NCBI GenBank assembly: GCA_028704515.1 | Contig: JAQWFH010000001.1 | Location: forward strand, 6,769-70,768 | Reading direction: 5' to 3' | Length of the DNA stretch: 64,000 nucleotides | Source: Eubacteriales bacterium | GTDB taxonomy: Bacteria; Bacillota; Clostridia; Peptostreptococcales; Anaerovoracaceae | Shown here: positions 39,629 to 49,772 of the stretch, in pieces | Numbering within the stretch: the stretch's first letter is position 1 | Layout: each line of letters begins with the position of its first letter | Position numbers and translations under genes: made by a program | Notes under the pieces: generated by a model | Databases searched by the model: none | What the model saw: only the letters and a program-made list of their open reading frames with translations | Told to the model about the DNA's origin: nothing

Positions 39629-41110
39629 TTATAGAGACTTTGCTCTGTCGGGATTCCAAAATGATGGGATAAAGAGCAAAAGTATTGTAAATATCTCGAG
39701 TCTCCCAAATATCATTAGAGCCGAAAGCACCATTTGCAGGGGCGGGCTATACATACCGAAATATCCAGTGTAACCGGCTTCACTGAGTGCTATGCCTGTA
39801 TTTGAAAGCATGGAAAGCGCAGTTGAAAATGTCATTTCCATATCCAGACCTTGCAATGAAAGCAGTAGTGTGCCCCCCGCCAAGGTAGCAAAGAAAGCAA
39901 AGACAAACGATGCCGTTTGAGATATGAGCTCCTCTTGCAGAGGGGTCTCGCCAATCTTTACAGATATAAAGGCGCGGGGGTGAATTCTTTTGTAAATATT
40001 GCGCTGTATCATCTTAAACATTATTATTATTCGGATAACCTTAATAGAGCCGGATGTAGACGCGGCACATCCGCCGATAATCATTAGTATGAACATAGTT
40101 ATTTTACTAAACAGAGGCCATACGGAATAATTTGTTATGGCATATCCTGAGGTTGTTGAAAACGAGGCTACTTGGAAGCAGCCGTACCTCAACGATTGCC
40201 CAATTGTGTCGTAAGTATCAGTCAAGTAAAGATTTAAACATATAAGTATGGAAGCAAAAATTACTATTCCCAAAAAAACACGAAGCTCTACATTTTTAAA
40301 GAATCTACTGAAACCACCCTGAATTAAAAGTGGATAAAGAGTAAAGTTCACAGAAGAAAGCAGTGTAAATATTGATAGCACAAGTTCAATATAAACGCTG
40401 TCATAATATGCAAGCCCTTGAGGATGGCTGAAAACACCTCCTGTGCTTATGCTGCCTAATGTATTTATTATTGCGTCAAAAATTGGCATATCGCTTCCAA
40501 GAATGAGCAAAAGAAATTCGAGTAAAGTAAAGGATATATAAATGAGGTAAAGCATTTTTGCGGAATCTGAAATTCTGCTTGAGATTTTGTCCACCTTTAT
40601 GCCGGGCGATTCGGCCTTAAATATCTTTTGACCGCTTATTCCAAGTGCAGGCAGAAGTGTAACCAGAAATACGAGAATTCCCATGCCTCCCAGCCAGTTG
40701 CAGATTGCTTTCCAAAACATAAGACCACTAGGCATAGAGGTTATATCGAATACGGTAGCACCTGTAGTAGTGAAGCCTGCGGCAGATTCAAAAAAAGCAG
40801 AAAAAAATGAATCGGAATAACCGCTGAAAATATAGGGCGTGGAACCGATAAGTGAAGCAATTATCCAGCTCAAGGATACTATAAGAAATCCATCTCTTGC
40901 TCTAATATTAAAGGTGTTTGAACGAGAAAATGCCCTTGCAAAGGCGCCGCCGGCTAAAAAAAGCAAAGACGAAATCGCAAAGGCAAAGGCAGTTTGATAT
41001 TCTTTAAAATAAAGGGAGGCTACCATAGCAGGCAGCATAGCTATCGAAACGATGCAGACTACTGTCCCCAATATTTTACTTGTAAGTCTCAGATTGAGCG
41101 CAATATTCAT
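39629..41110 (-). CDS. trkH: TrkH/KtrB family potassium transporter membrane subunit
   Basis: 493 aa polytopic protein with repeated pore-loop-like GFTTTGATV / STGGVFS / STTSGY / SNTGIAL segments. Lies downstream of trkA. Confidence 0.85.
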   Translation of the reverse strand: MNIALNLRLTSKILGTVVCIVSIAMLPAMVASLYFKEYQTAFAFAISSLLFLAGGAFARAFSRSNTFNIRARDGFLIVSLSWIIASLIGSTPYIFSGYSDSFFSAFFESAAGFTTTGATVFDITSMPSGLMFWKAICNWLGGMGILVFLVTLLPALGISGQKIFKAESPGIKVDKISSRISDSAKMLYLIYISFTLLEFLLLILGSDMPIFDAIINTLGSISTGGVFSHPQGLAYYDSVYIELVLSIFTLLSSVNFTLYPLLIQGGFSRFFKNVELRVFLGIVIFASILICLNLYLTDTYDTIGQSLRYGCFQVASFSTTSGYAITNYSVWPLFSKITMFILMIIGGCAASTSGSIKVIRIIIMFKMIQRNIYKRIHPRAFISVKIGETPLQEELISQTASFVFAFFATLAGGTLLLSLQGLDMEMTFSTALSMLSNTGIALSEAGYTGYFGMYSPPLQMVLSALMIFGRLEIFTILLLFIPSFWNPDRAKSL

Positions 41111-41140
41111 TTCGTAAGAATAAGTCCTTTCTTTCGGAAA

Positions 41141-42508
41141 TCAACTTGTCGGGAACAAAGTTTTTTTAGTTCTCAGAAGCTTTTCCAGAGCCGGTATTTC
41201 TGTGAGAAGAGAAAGGATTATAACCCTGTCGTCTTCCCTTATTACAGTATTCCCGTCAGGGATGATAGCGGTTATGCCTCTGTGTATGGCCGCTATTATA
41301 ATTCCGTGGGGCAGCTTTAGATTTTTAAGAGGCTTATTCATAAGCGCCATATTATTTGAAGCAATAATTTCCATTATTTCAGCTTGCCCTTGTATTAGAT
41401 GTGAAGAAATAATTCTTTTGGAGCCCTGTATGAACCGAAGAATATTGCTTGCAACTATGTCGAGAGGATTTAGAGCCATATCCACATCGATCAGCTCGAT
41501 AAGATCGGAATAACTCATGCGGCTGATTTTTGCTATAACATCCTCGACACCGTGCTGCTTTGCAATTAAAGCCAGAAGAAGGTTTTCCTCATCAAAGCCC
41601 GTAGCGGTTATAAATGCGTCCATTTCCTCAAGGTTTTCTTCCAAAAGGAGACTCAAATCCGTAGCATCTCCATGTAGAACCATAACATCGTTAAGATGTG
41701 AGGACAGATAATGGCATCTTTCCTCGTCTTTTTCAACAACCTTTACCGCTGTACCAAATTCCGAAAGCTTATCGGCTAAGTAAAAGCCCGTCTTACCGCC
41801 GCCTATTATCATCACCTTTTGAAGGTGTACAAGCTTATCTTTCCTATGAACCTTTTTGCTGAGCTCGAGGATTGGGAATTTTTCTCCTATAACATAAATA
41901 CTATCACCGCGATGTATTATAGTTTCACCATGAGGCACGATTATTTTACCGTTTCGAGAAATCGCAACCGCAAGCATATCAGGCAATATTTTACGGAACT
42001 CCGTGAGAGGCGTATCTATAAGTGTGGGTAGTCGTGACACTTGGAATTCGAGCAACGACACCTTTCCGCTTGTAAATATCCCGGTATTTAATGTAGATTT
42101 TTCAACAAGGTATTTATATATCTCGATAGTGATGGAAAGGTCAGGGTTGACTATATAATCTATGTTCATTGTATCCTTTATAAAGTCAATCTGATTCATG
42201 TGCTCAGGATCACGAACTCTAGCTATAACCTTTGAACAACCGAGTTTTTTTGCAAATGAAGAAATAACAATATTTTTTTCATCTCGGTCAGTACAAGCGA
42301 GAAGGAAATCATATGTGTCTATATCCAGTCTGTAGAGTACCTTTATCTCCTTACCGTTTGCATTTACGGTCATGACGTCAAACTGAGATGAAAGCTTATC
42401 CAGCAGAGCTTCATTTTTGTCTATAACAAGCACCGAATGTCCGCCTTCAATTAATGCTTCGATTACCTTCGTGCCCAGTTTGCCAGCGCCGACAACAGCT
42501 ACCTTCAT
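41141..42508 (-). CDS. trkA: Trk system potassium uptake protein TrkA (tandem RCK/NAD-binding domains)
   Basis: The start was moved to 42508 (MKVAVVGAGKLG). A second Rossmann motif is MIIGGGKTG. Confidence 0.85.
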   Translation of the reverse strand: MKVAVVGAGKLGTKVIEALIEGGHSVLVIDKNEALLDKLSSQFDVMTVNANGKEIKVLYRLDIDTYDFLLACTDRDEKNIVISSFAKKLGCSKVIARVRDPEHMNQIDFIKDTMNIDYIVNPDLSITIEIYKYLVEKSTLNTGIFTSGKVSLLEFQVSRLPTLIDTPLTEFRKILPDMLAVAISRNGKIIVPHGETIIHRGDSIYVIGEKFPILELSKKVHRKDKLVHLQKVMIIGGGKTGFYLADKLSEFGTAVKVVEKDEERCHYLSSHLNDVMVLHGDATDLSLLLEENLEEMDAFITATGFDEENLLLALIAKQHGVEDVIAKISRMSYSDLIELIDVDMALNPLDIVASNILRFIQGSKRIISSHLIQGQAEIMEIIASNNMALMNKPLKNLKLPHGIIIAAIHRGITAIIPDGNTVIREDDRVIILSLLTEIPALEKLLRTKKTLFPTS

Positions 42509-42541
42509 GTTTGTAATCCTTTCAGGTGGTATAATAAACAT

Positions 42542-42569
42542 ATTATACTCTATTTTGTTCTTAAGTCAA
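42542..42569 (-). promoter_or_regulatory. SigA-type promoter for trkA-trkH
   Basis: Minus strand TTGACT - 16 nt - TATAAT. This places the longer ORF start (42541) at the transcription start, which supports the 42508 start. Confidence 0.5.
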
Positions 42570-42692
42570 TACAACTTGCCGTTGCAATATTTATTTGCTA
42601 TAAGTACATAAATGATTTAAAATATAAAGCAGTGTTATTTTTTAAAAATTCGCACGGATATGTTATTTAATCGAGAAGGAGTGCTTACATTT

Positions 42693-44102
42693 ATGAAAAT
42701 TAAACGTATTGTTGGGGGAAATCTTGAAAGCAACACGTATGTTATATACCAAAAGGGAGGAGCGAATTGCTTCGTAATAGATCCGGGATATAATGCGGAG
42801 GCAATTGCTGGCATTATAATAGAGGAGGGGTTATTTACACTCGGCATTATTTTAACCCATTGCCATGCAGACCATACGGGCGCGGCAAAAAAACTAAAGG
42901 ATAGGTTCGGATGTAAGGTATACATACACAGGGAGGATATGGACAGGGTTTGTGATATTGCCGATGTCTCCCTTGAGGATGGACACGTGTTTGACCTTGA
43001 CGGAGAAGAAATTCGGGTAATCCATACTCCGGGGCATACGCACGGGGGAATATGCTTGTATTCAGAAAGAAGCAAGCTGGCGTTTACAGGAGACACTCTG
43101 TTTAATGTAGATTTAGGAAGAACAGATCTTGAAGGCGGAGATGAAGAGCGCCTTACAAATACATGTGTGCAAATAATAGATAAATGGCCAAACGATATAA
43201 CAGTATATCCAGGCCACGGTGATTCCTGCAATATGAAGTTTGTGCGCAGAAATAACGAAGAATTCAAGGCAGCAATCAAGCCCGATATAAAGATGATCGC
43301 CCTTGATTTAGATGGCACAACGCTTACGACTAACAAAGAAATTACTGACAGAACGGCCGATGCTTTGTCATCCGCAATGAAGAAGGGCATTCAAATAGTA
43401 ATCGCTACAGGCAGGACATATTCGTCAATACCGGACAAGGTGTTGAATATAAGGGGAATGGAGTACATAATCACCGGCAATGGGGCCGCGGTGACCAGAT
43501 TGAAAGACGGTAAAATAATATACAGCAATTTCATCGATGCATATGCAATGGAAAATATGACCCAAATATTCAAAAGGGAAAGGTCAATGCTTGAATTATT
43601 TACAGGAGGAAGAGCATATATCGAAAGAAGCCTGCTTGAAAGCCTAGAACAAAAGAACTTCAGAAAAACCCACATAGAATACATCAGGGAAACGAGAATT
43701 GCCAAAGAAAATATAATTGAATTCATGATTGAAAACAAATCAAGGATTGAAAATATCAATCTTTTGTTCGAAAATCAGGAGGACAGAGCAAGGATGAGAG
43801 GTGTCATGGAAGCGGTTAATGACGTTACTGTAACAACATCGTTTGATCACAACATAGAGATCGGAGGAAAGACGACCAGCAAGGGTGATGCAGTAAGATT
43901 CCTTTCCGGCAGATTGGGAATGAAAAGGGAGAATGTGATGGTGTTCGGAGACGGCCATAATGATATGAAAATGTTTGAATTTGCCGGCTTCCCGGTTGCA
44001 GTTGAAAATGCAAAGCCGGAGCTTAAAGAAGTGGCAAAGTTTGTAACGGCCAGTAACATTGAGGATGGTGTAGCGAAAGCTATAGAGCGTTTTGTTCTTT
44101 AA
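42693..44102 (+). CDS. Fusion protein: N-terminal MBL-fold metallo-hydrolase + C-terminal Cof-type HAD-IIB phosphatase
   Basis: N-terminal THCHADHTG (HxHxDH) and HTPGHT. C-terminal IALDLDGTTL (DxDGT) and GDGHNDMKMFEFAG (GDxxND). One uninterrupted frame. Confidence 0.8.
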   Translation: MKIKRIVGGNLESNTYVIYQKGGANCFVIDPGYNAEAIAGIIIEEGLFTLGIILTHCHADHTGAAKKLKDRFGCKVYIHREDMDRVCDIADVSLEDGHVFDLDGEEIRVIHTPGHTHGGICLYSERSKLAFTGDTLFNVDLGRTDLEGGDEERLTNTCVQIIDKWPNDITVYPGHGDSCNMKFVRRNNEEFKAAIKPDIKMIALDLDGTTLTTNKEITDRTADALSSAMKKGIQIVIATGRTYSSIPDKVLNIRGMEYIITGNGAAVTRLKDGKIIYSNFIDAYAMENMTQIFKRERSMLELFTGGRAYIERSLLESLEQKNFRKTHIEYIRETRIAKENIIEFMIENKSRIENINLLFENQEDRARMRGVMEAVNDVTVTTSFDHNIEIGGKTTSKGDAVRFLSGRLGMKRENVMVFGDGHNDMKMFEFAGFPVAVENAKPELKEVAKFVTASNIEDGVAKAIERFVL

Positions 44103-44275
44103 AATAGAGTATACAAAGGCTGTTCTGTGGATGCGGATTTAACCGTGCGCTGATGAAGCGAAAGGAGAACGGCTCTTTTTATAGCACGAGATGTAAAAAT
44201 ATGGTTGACAAGCAAATAATTAGGTGAGATAATAATGTAAAATACTGGAATAAAGATGAGGAATTTAAAACAAAA

Positions 44276-44647
44276 ATGAAAAGCAACAGTGCCACAGGTA
44301 AAGCCGGAGAAGATGCGGCATGCAGATATTTGCAAGAGCAAGGCTATAATATATTGAGCAGGAATTTTAAATGCAGGCACGGGGAGATAGATATCATTGC
44401 ATTTATGGATGGTTGCGTGCATTTTGTTGAAGTCAAGGCCAGAAAAAACCTTTCTTACGGCATGCCGTCCGAAGCTGTAAATTTTCGTAAAAAGAGACAT
44501 ATTATAAAATCTGCTCAGCAATATATATACCTACATAAGAAATATATGCACTGCAATGTGCAGATTGATGTAATAGAAATAATTTACTCAGACGAGGGGG
44601 AAAATATTAATCACTTGAAAAATGCAGTTTGGCAGGAGGGTTTTTAA
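44276..44647 (+). CDS. yraN: YraN family (UPF0102) endonuclease-like protein
   Basis: GEDAACRYLQEQGYNILSRNFKCRHGEIDIIA....HFVEVKAR pattern. Confidence 0.8.
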   Translation: MKSNSATGKAGEDAACRYLQEQGYNILSRNFKCRHGEIDIIAFMDGCVHFVEVKARKNLSYGMPSEAVNFRKKRHIIKSAQQYIYLHKKYMHCNVQIDVIEIIYSDEGENINHLKNAVWQEGF

Positions 44648-46174
44648 ATGCTGTCCGGAGTTTTTACAGCTTCGATTACAGGTATAGATGCGGAGCTTGT
44701 AACGGTGGAGACTGATATTTGCAGAGGGCTGCCCGCAATGAATACAGTAGGTTTACCTTCTACTATAATAAAGGAAGCAAAAGAGAGAATACGTTCAGCA
44801 TTAATTCACTCGGGATTTGAATTTCCTATGCGTCGTGTAGTGATAAATCTTTCACCTGCTTCAGAGCGTAAGGAAGGTAGCCATTTCGATCTGCCAATGG
44901 CCGTTGGAATATTAATATCGTGTGGAATCGTCAGTGCAGATGACGCCGTCGGGACGGGATTTATAGGGGAGCTTTCGCTTGCCGGAACACTTGTGCCTGT
45001 GAATGGAGTTCTGCCCCTCGTAATAGGCTTGAAGGAGGCGGGCATCCTTAGAGTAGTTGTGCCCTGTGAAAATGCAGCTGAAGCGGCTCTTGTAAAGGAT
45101 GTGGTCATATGCCCTATCAAAAATATTGCGGAGCTCGTAGCATGTATGAATGGCGAAAAGAAATATACGATTTACAATGATGAGCCGAGCATCAAGAAAA
45201 TCGCCGAGTCAGAACCCGATTTTTCGGAGGTTCGCGGTCAGGAGACCGCGCTGAGGAGCGTTATGCTTAGCGGAGCAGCCGGACATGGCTTATACATGAT
45301 GGGTGTCCCCGGCGCAGGGAAAAGCATGATTGCAAAGAGGATACCAAGCGTATTGCCCGCATTAACATATGAAGAGGTGCTGGAGGTTACTAAGATATAC
45401 AGCGTAGCCGGATACCTTTCAAAAGAAAAAGGCTTGGTGACGAAAAGACCCTTCAGAGCGCCTCATCATTCCATAACGCCCGCGGCACTTTTGGGAGGAG
45501 GGAGGCATCCAAAACCGGGGGAAATATCACTCGCTCACAGAGGCGTTTTATTTCTAGATGAGCTTCCCGAATTTAAAAGGAATGTTATAGACTTGATGCG
45601 CCAGCCCCTTGAAACCGGTCAAATTACGGTAGAACGTAGCGGAATAGGTGTTGAGTTCCCTTGTAGATTTATACTTGTCGCTGCAGGAAATCCTTGCAAA
45701 TGCGGATATTGCGGAGATGAGCATGTTGCGTGCAGATGTACGCCGGGGGAAGTTGCTATGTACAAAAATAGGATATCCGGACCGTTTCTCGACAGGATAG
45801 ATCTACAGATAAAGATAGACAGGGTTCACGGAGAAAAATTAAGAAAGTCGCCCAAAACAAGCTCCGCGCAAATGGCTCAAAGGATACTGGCTGCTCGCGA
45901 AATACAAAGACATAGATATAAAAATGAAGACATCAACCTGAATTCCGAGCTGGAGGGAAGAATGACAGGAAAGTATTGCCGTATGACGGCAGGCGCCGGT
46001 AAATTGCTTGCCGAAGCATATAACCAAAATTTCATGTCTGTCAGAATACACGAGAAGGTAATAAAAATTGCAAGAACTATAGCCGACATGGAAGAAAGCG
46101 ATATAATACGAGAAATGCATATTGCCGAAGCTATGAGCTTCAGAGCAGTAGATGATTTTTTAAATGATAAATGA
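44648..46174 (+). CDS. comM: YifB/ComM family Mg-chelatase-like AAA+ ATPase
   Basis: N-terminal Lon-protease-like domain, Walker A GVPGAGKSM, GVLFLDELPEF, and a Cys cluster NPCKCGYCGD..CRC. Confidence 0.9.
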   Translation: MLSGVFTASITGIDAELVTVETDICRGLPAMNTVGLPSTIIKEAKERIRSALIHSGFEFPMRRVVINLSPASERKEGSHFDLPMAVGILISCGIVSADDAVGTGFIGELSLAGTLVPVNGVLPLVIGLKEAGILRVVVPCENAAEAALVKDVVICPIKNIAELVACMNGEKKYTIYNDEPSIKKIAESEPDFSEVRGQETALRSVMLSGAAGHGLYMMGVPGAGKSMIAKRIPSVLPALTYEEVLEVTKIYSVAGYLSKEKGLVTKRPFRAPHHSITPAALLGGGRHPKPGEISLAHRGVLFLDELPEFKRNVIDLMRQPLETGQITVERSGIGVEFPCRFILVAAGNPCKCGYCGDEHVACRCTPGEVAMYKNRISGPFLDRIDLQIKIDRVHGEKLRKSPKTSSAQMAQRILAAREIQRHRYKNEDINLNSELEGRMTGKYCRMTAGAGKLLAEAYNQNFMSVRIHEKVIKIARTIADMEESDIIREMHIAEAMSFRAVDDFLNDK

Positions 46175-46217
46175 TAAAAAAATGATAAATAATACAAAAA
46201 TGATAAATAATACAACC
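46164..46217 (+). repeat. Three tandem 18-bp repeats, each starting with an in-frame ATG, at the comM stop / dprA start
   Basis: atgataaatgataaaaaa / atgataaataatacaaaa / atgataaataatacaacc. These encode MINDKK-MINNTK-MINNTT. Confidence 0.85.
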
Positions 46218-47084
46218 TCACATATACATCATATATATATTGTAAAATACCAGGATAAGGAATATCCTGCGTTATTAAAGACAATAAAAGATCCGCCCAA
46301 GGAGCTCTATTGCATAGGCAATAAGGCGCTTTTGGGCTCCGCATCTTTCGCGGTAGTAGGAGGTCGAAAGCCGACTGAATACGGGAAATGGGTTTCGCAT
46401 AAAATAGGGCAGAGGCTTGCAGAAAATAGAATTACAACTGTTAGCGGAATGGCTGCCGGAATTGATACATTCGCACATAAAGGAGCCATTGAGGCGGGAG
46501 GAAATACTATTGCCGTATTAGGGTGTGGCATAGATATATGCTTCCCTGCATCAAACAGAAGGCTGCTCCAACAAATAAAAACAGAAGGGCTTGTTATTTC
46601 GGAATATGCGCCGGGGCATCCGCCTACAAGGTATACTTTTCCAAGGAGAAACAGAATAATAAGTGGCCTTTGTATGGGAACAATAGTCGTTGAGGCCGGA
46701 GCAAACAGTGGGTCTCTAATAACAGCCGAGTTGGCCGGCGAGCAAGGTCGAAGTGTGTATGCCGTCCCCGGTAATATAACTGCTCCGATGAGCTTAGGAA
46801 CAAATCGATTGATATGTGACGGGGCAATGCCAATTTCAAACGTGGACGACTTAATTGAAGATATTTGTGGAAAAGATTACATTCCGGATAAAGTTTTTTT
46901 TAATAATCTCGGATTTGAAGAAAAAGAGGTCATAGACGCCCTCTCAAAAGGCGGCGAAATGAATGTTGACGAGCTTTCTAGGCTGCTATCGAAACCCGTA
47001 GGAAATGTACGCGGAATCGTCACTGTTTTGGAGCTGAAAGGCATGGTAAAGAACAGTATGGGTAAAGTTTTTATTGCAAAATAA
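46164..47084 (+). CDS. dprA: DNA-processing protein DprA (Smf)
   Basis: GMAAGIDTFAHKGAIEAGG.TIAVLGCGID..FP..N..L, FPRRNRIISGL, and a C-terminal winged-helix-like tail. The start is ambiguous among ATGs at 46164, 46182 and 46200. Confidence 0.85.
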   Translation: MINDKKMINNTKMINNTTSHIHHIYIVKYQDKEYPALLKTIKDPPKELYCIGNKALLGSASFAVVGGRKPTEYGKWVSHKIGQRLAENRITTVSGMAAGIDTFAHKGAIEAGGNTIAVLGCGIDICFPASNRRLLQQIKTEGLVISEYAPGHPPTRYTFPRRNRIISGLCMGTIVVEAGANSGSLITAELAGEQGRSVYAVPGNITAPMSLGTNRLICDGAMPISNVDDLIEDICGKDYIPDKVFFNNLGFEEKEVIDALSKGGEMNVDELSRLLSKPVGNVRGIVTVLELKGMVKNSMGKVFIAK

Positions 47085-47137
47085 TTTTAATGGCAATATA
47101 ATCTTCTCTAAGTGAAAGTTTTTATTTGGAGGAATAT

Positions 47138-49204
47138 ATGAGTAATACCCAAAAAAATGTTGTGATTGTGGAATCGCCATCAAAGGCTAAAACAATCGGT
47201 AAGTTTTTAGGTTCGAATTATAAAGTAATAGCTTCGGTAGGACATGTTAGAGACCTTCCCAAGAGCAAACTGGGGATTGATATAGATAATGATTTTGAAC
47301 CGCAATATATCACCATAAGAGGAAAAGGGGATATAATAAAGGCGCTTAGAAGTGCAACCAAGGGCGCCAAAAAAATATATCTGGCAACTGACCCGGATCG
47401 TGAGGGAGAAGCTATTTCATGGCATCTTGCACATATTCTGGGCATAGATGCCAATGAAAAGTGTAGGATAGCTTTCAATGAAATTACTAAAAAAGCTGTC
47501 CGAGAATCTATAAAAAACCCAAAACCCATAGATTTAGGACTTGTTGATGCTCAGCAGGCACGCCGAATCCTTGACAGGCTTGTGGGATATCAAATAAGCC
47601 CTTTACTGTGGAGAAAAGTGAGGCGCGGTCTGTCTGCCGGAAGAGTGCAGTCCGCGGCTCTTAAAATTATTTGTGACAGAGAAAATCAAATAAAGCAATT
47701 TATTCCGAAGGAGTATTGGAATATTAGCGCTGAGCTTCTAAAAAAAGTTGCAAGCAAAAAAGCTTTTATCGCGAAATTGGCAGAATATAATAATAAAAAA
47801 ATTGTGATAGATAATAAGGAACAGGCTGATAAAGTCATATCCGAGCTTGATAATGAATACAAAGTAGGCAAGATAGAAGAAAAGCAAAGAAGCAAAAAAC
47901 CTTATGCACCTTTTACGACATCCTCTCTTCAGCAGGAGGCTTCTACGAAACTTGGATTTTATACAAAGCGTACGATGTCTGTAGCACAGCAGCTATATGA
48001 AGGAATTGCAATAAAAGGTCACGGAACTATCGGTCTTGTTTCATATATAAGAACAGATTCTGTACGAATTTCAGAGCAAGCCCGTAAAGAAGCCGAGGAT
48101 TTTATAAAAACAAATTACGGGGAAGAATATTGGTCAAATAATTTTTATAAAAACAAGAAAAAAGATGTCCAGGATGCGCATGAGGCAATAAGGCCTTCGG
48201 ATACTTCTATGACGCCCGAAAGCATCAAGGATTCGCTTACAAGGGATCAATACAACCTATATAAGCTGATATGGTCGCGATTTATTGCAAGCCAGATGGC
48301 CCCTTCTGTATTTTTCTCAGTATCGGCGGAAATTCATAACGGAGATTATAAATTCAAAGCAACAGGCTCTAAGCTTTTGTTTGACGGTTACAGAAAAGTG
48401 TATAAACAATCAGATGATGATGAGGATGCTAAGATGCTTCCCGAACTCAAAGAGGGTGAAAGCTTAAATTGTAAAGAGCTTAACAGCGAGCAGAACTTCA
48501 CGCAACCTCCTGCAAGATTTACCGAAGCCGGTCTTATTAAGGACTTAGAAGAAAAGAATATAGGTCGACCTTCCACATATTCTCCAATAATTGCAACTTT
48601 ATTGGACAGAGGCTATATTTCAAGAGAGAAAAGAGCTTTTGTTCCGACGGATCTCGGCTTTATCGTAAACAATATGATGGAAGTATACTTTAAAGATATT
48701 GTGGATGCCGGATTTACGGCTGAGATGGAAGATAAGCTTGATAGCGTTGAGGTAGATAACGCCGATTGGAAAAAAATAATAAGGGATTTCTATGGTGTAT
48801 TCAAAGACGAGCTTGAATATGCTGATAATAATATAGAGAAGATAAAAATAGAGGATGAATTAACGGGAGATATATGTGAGTTGTGCGGCAAGCCTATGGC
48901 TAAAAAAGCCGGACGGTTCGGAGAATTCCTGGCATGCACGGGATATCCGGAATGCAAGAACACAAAACCTATAATCAAGTCGGTAAATGTCGCATGCCCT
49001 TCATGTGGCAAGGATATAATACAAAAAAAGAGTAAAAAGGGAAAAATATTTTATGGGTGTAGCGGATATCCGGAATGTAATTCGGTATTTTGGAATAAAC
49101 CTGTGGATAAGAAGTGCCCGGAATGTGGATCGGTACTTGTTGAGAAAAATCTCAAGGCGAGCAAATATTCGTGCTCAAAACAAGGGTGTAACTACAAGGA
49201 ATAG
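47138..49204 (+). CDS. topA: DNA topoisomerase I
   Basis: The start was moved to 47138 (GGAGGAA RBS). TOPRIM (VIVESPSKAKTI), active-site region (SYIRTDS) and three C-terminal C4 zinc ribbons. Confidence 0.95.
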   Translation: MSNTQKNVVIVESPSKAKTIGKFLGSNYKVIASVGHVRDLPKSKLGIDIDNDFEPQYITIRGKGDIIKALRSATKGAKKIYLATDPDREGEAISWHLAHILGIDANEKCRIAFNEITKKAVRESIKNPKPIDLGLVDAQQARRILDRLVGYQISPLLWRKVRRGLSAGRVQSAALKIICDRENQIKQFIPKEYWNISAELLKKVASKKAFIAKLAEYNNKKIVIDNKEQADKVISELDNEYKVGKIEEKQRSKKPYAPFTTSSLQQEASTKLGFYTKRTMSVAQQLYEGIAIKGHGTIGLVSYIRTDSVRISEQARKEAEDFIKTNYGEEYWSNNFYKNKKKDVQDAHEAIRPSDTSMTPESIKDSLTRDQYNLYKLIWSRFIASQMAPSVFFSVSAEIHNGDYKFKATGSKLLFDGYRKVYKQSDDDEDAKMLPELKEGESLNCKELNSEQNFTQPPARFTEAGLIKDLEEKNIGRPSTYSPIIATLLDRGYISREKRAFVPTDLGFIVNNMMEVYFKDIVDAGFTAEMEDKLDSVEVDNADWKKIIRDFYGVFKDELEYADNNIEKIKIEDELTGDICELCGKPMAKKAGRFGEFLACTGYPECKNTKPIIKSVNVACPSCGKDIIQKKSKKGKIFYGCSGYPECNSVFWNKPVDKKCPECGSVLVEKNLKASKYSCSKQGCNYKE

Positions 49205-49222
49205 TAAAAAGAGAGGATTAAT

Positions 49223-49771
49223 ATGGGACAATTTCATGCAACTACAATAGTGGCTGTCAGAAGGAATTCGGCAGATGTGTGCATAGGAGGAGACGGTCAA
49301 GTTACGATGGGACAGACTACCGTAATGAAACACGGAGCCAAGAAAGTAAGAAAAATTTATAAGAATACTGTTTTGACTGGCTTTGCCGGCTCGGTGGCAG
49401 ACGCTTTTTCACTTACTGAGAAATTTGAAAAAAAACTCGAGGAACACTCGGGCAATCTAAAAAGAGCAGCCGTAGCACTTGCTCAGCTTTGGCGTTCAGA
49501 TAAGGCGATGCGCAACCTTGAAGCACTTATGATTGCGGCAGACAAGGAATTGATGCTGGTGATATCGGGTAACGGCGAAGTTATCGAACCCGATCAAGAT
49601 TTTATTGCGATAGGCTCGGGCGGAAACTATGCATACGCAGCGACGGCAGCATTGTTTAACCATACAGATATGACTGCGGAAGAAATAGTCAGAGAATCTT
49701 TAAAAATAACATCGAAAATATGTGTTTTTACAAACGAGCATATTTCCGTAGAGAAGCTTAAGGAGGACTAA
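49223..49771 (+). CDS. hslV: ATP-dependent protease subunit HslV (ClpQ)
   Basis: N-terminal [12 protein letters not shown] with the catalytic Thr region. Followed by hslU. Confidence 0.95.
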   Translation: MGQFHATTIVAVRRNSADVCIGGDGQVTMGQTTVMKHGAKKVRKIYKNTVLTGFAGSVADAFSLTEKFEKKLEEHSGNLKRAAVALAQLWRSDKAMRNLEALMIAADKELMLVISGNGEVIEPDQDFIAIGSGGNYAYAATAALFNHTDMTAEEIVRESLKITSKICVFTNEHISVEKLKED

Positions 49772-49772
49772 G

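Noticed and set aside
44099-44521. 140-aa minus-strand ORF overlapping yraN
   Set aside because: The plus-strand frame has clear YraN family motifs, a promoter and an RBS. The minus ORF has no recognisable features.
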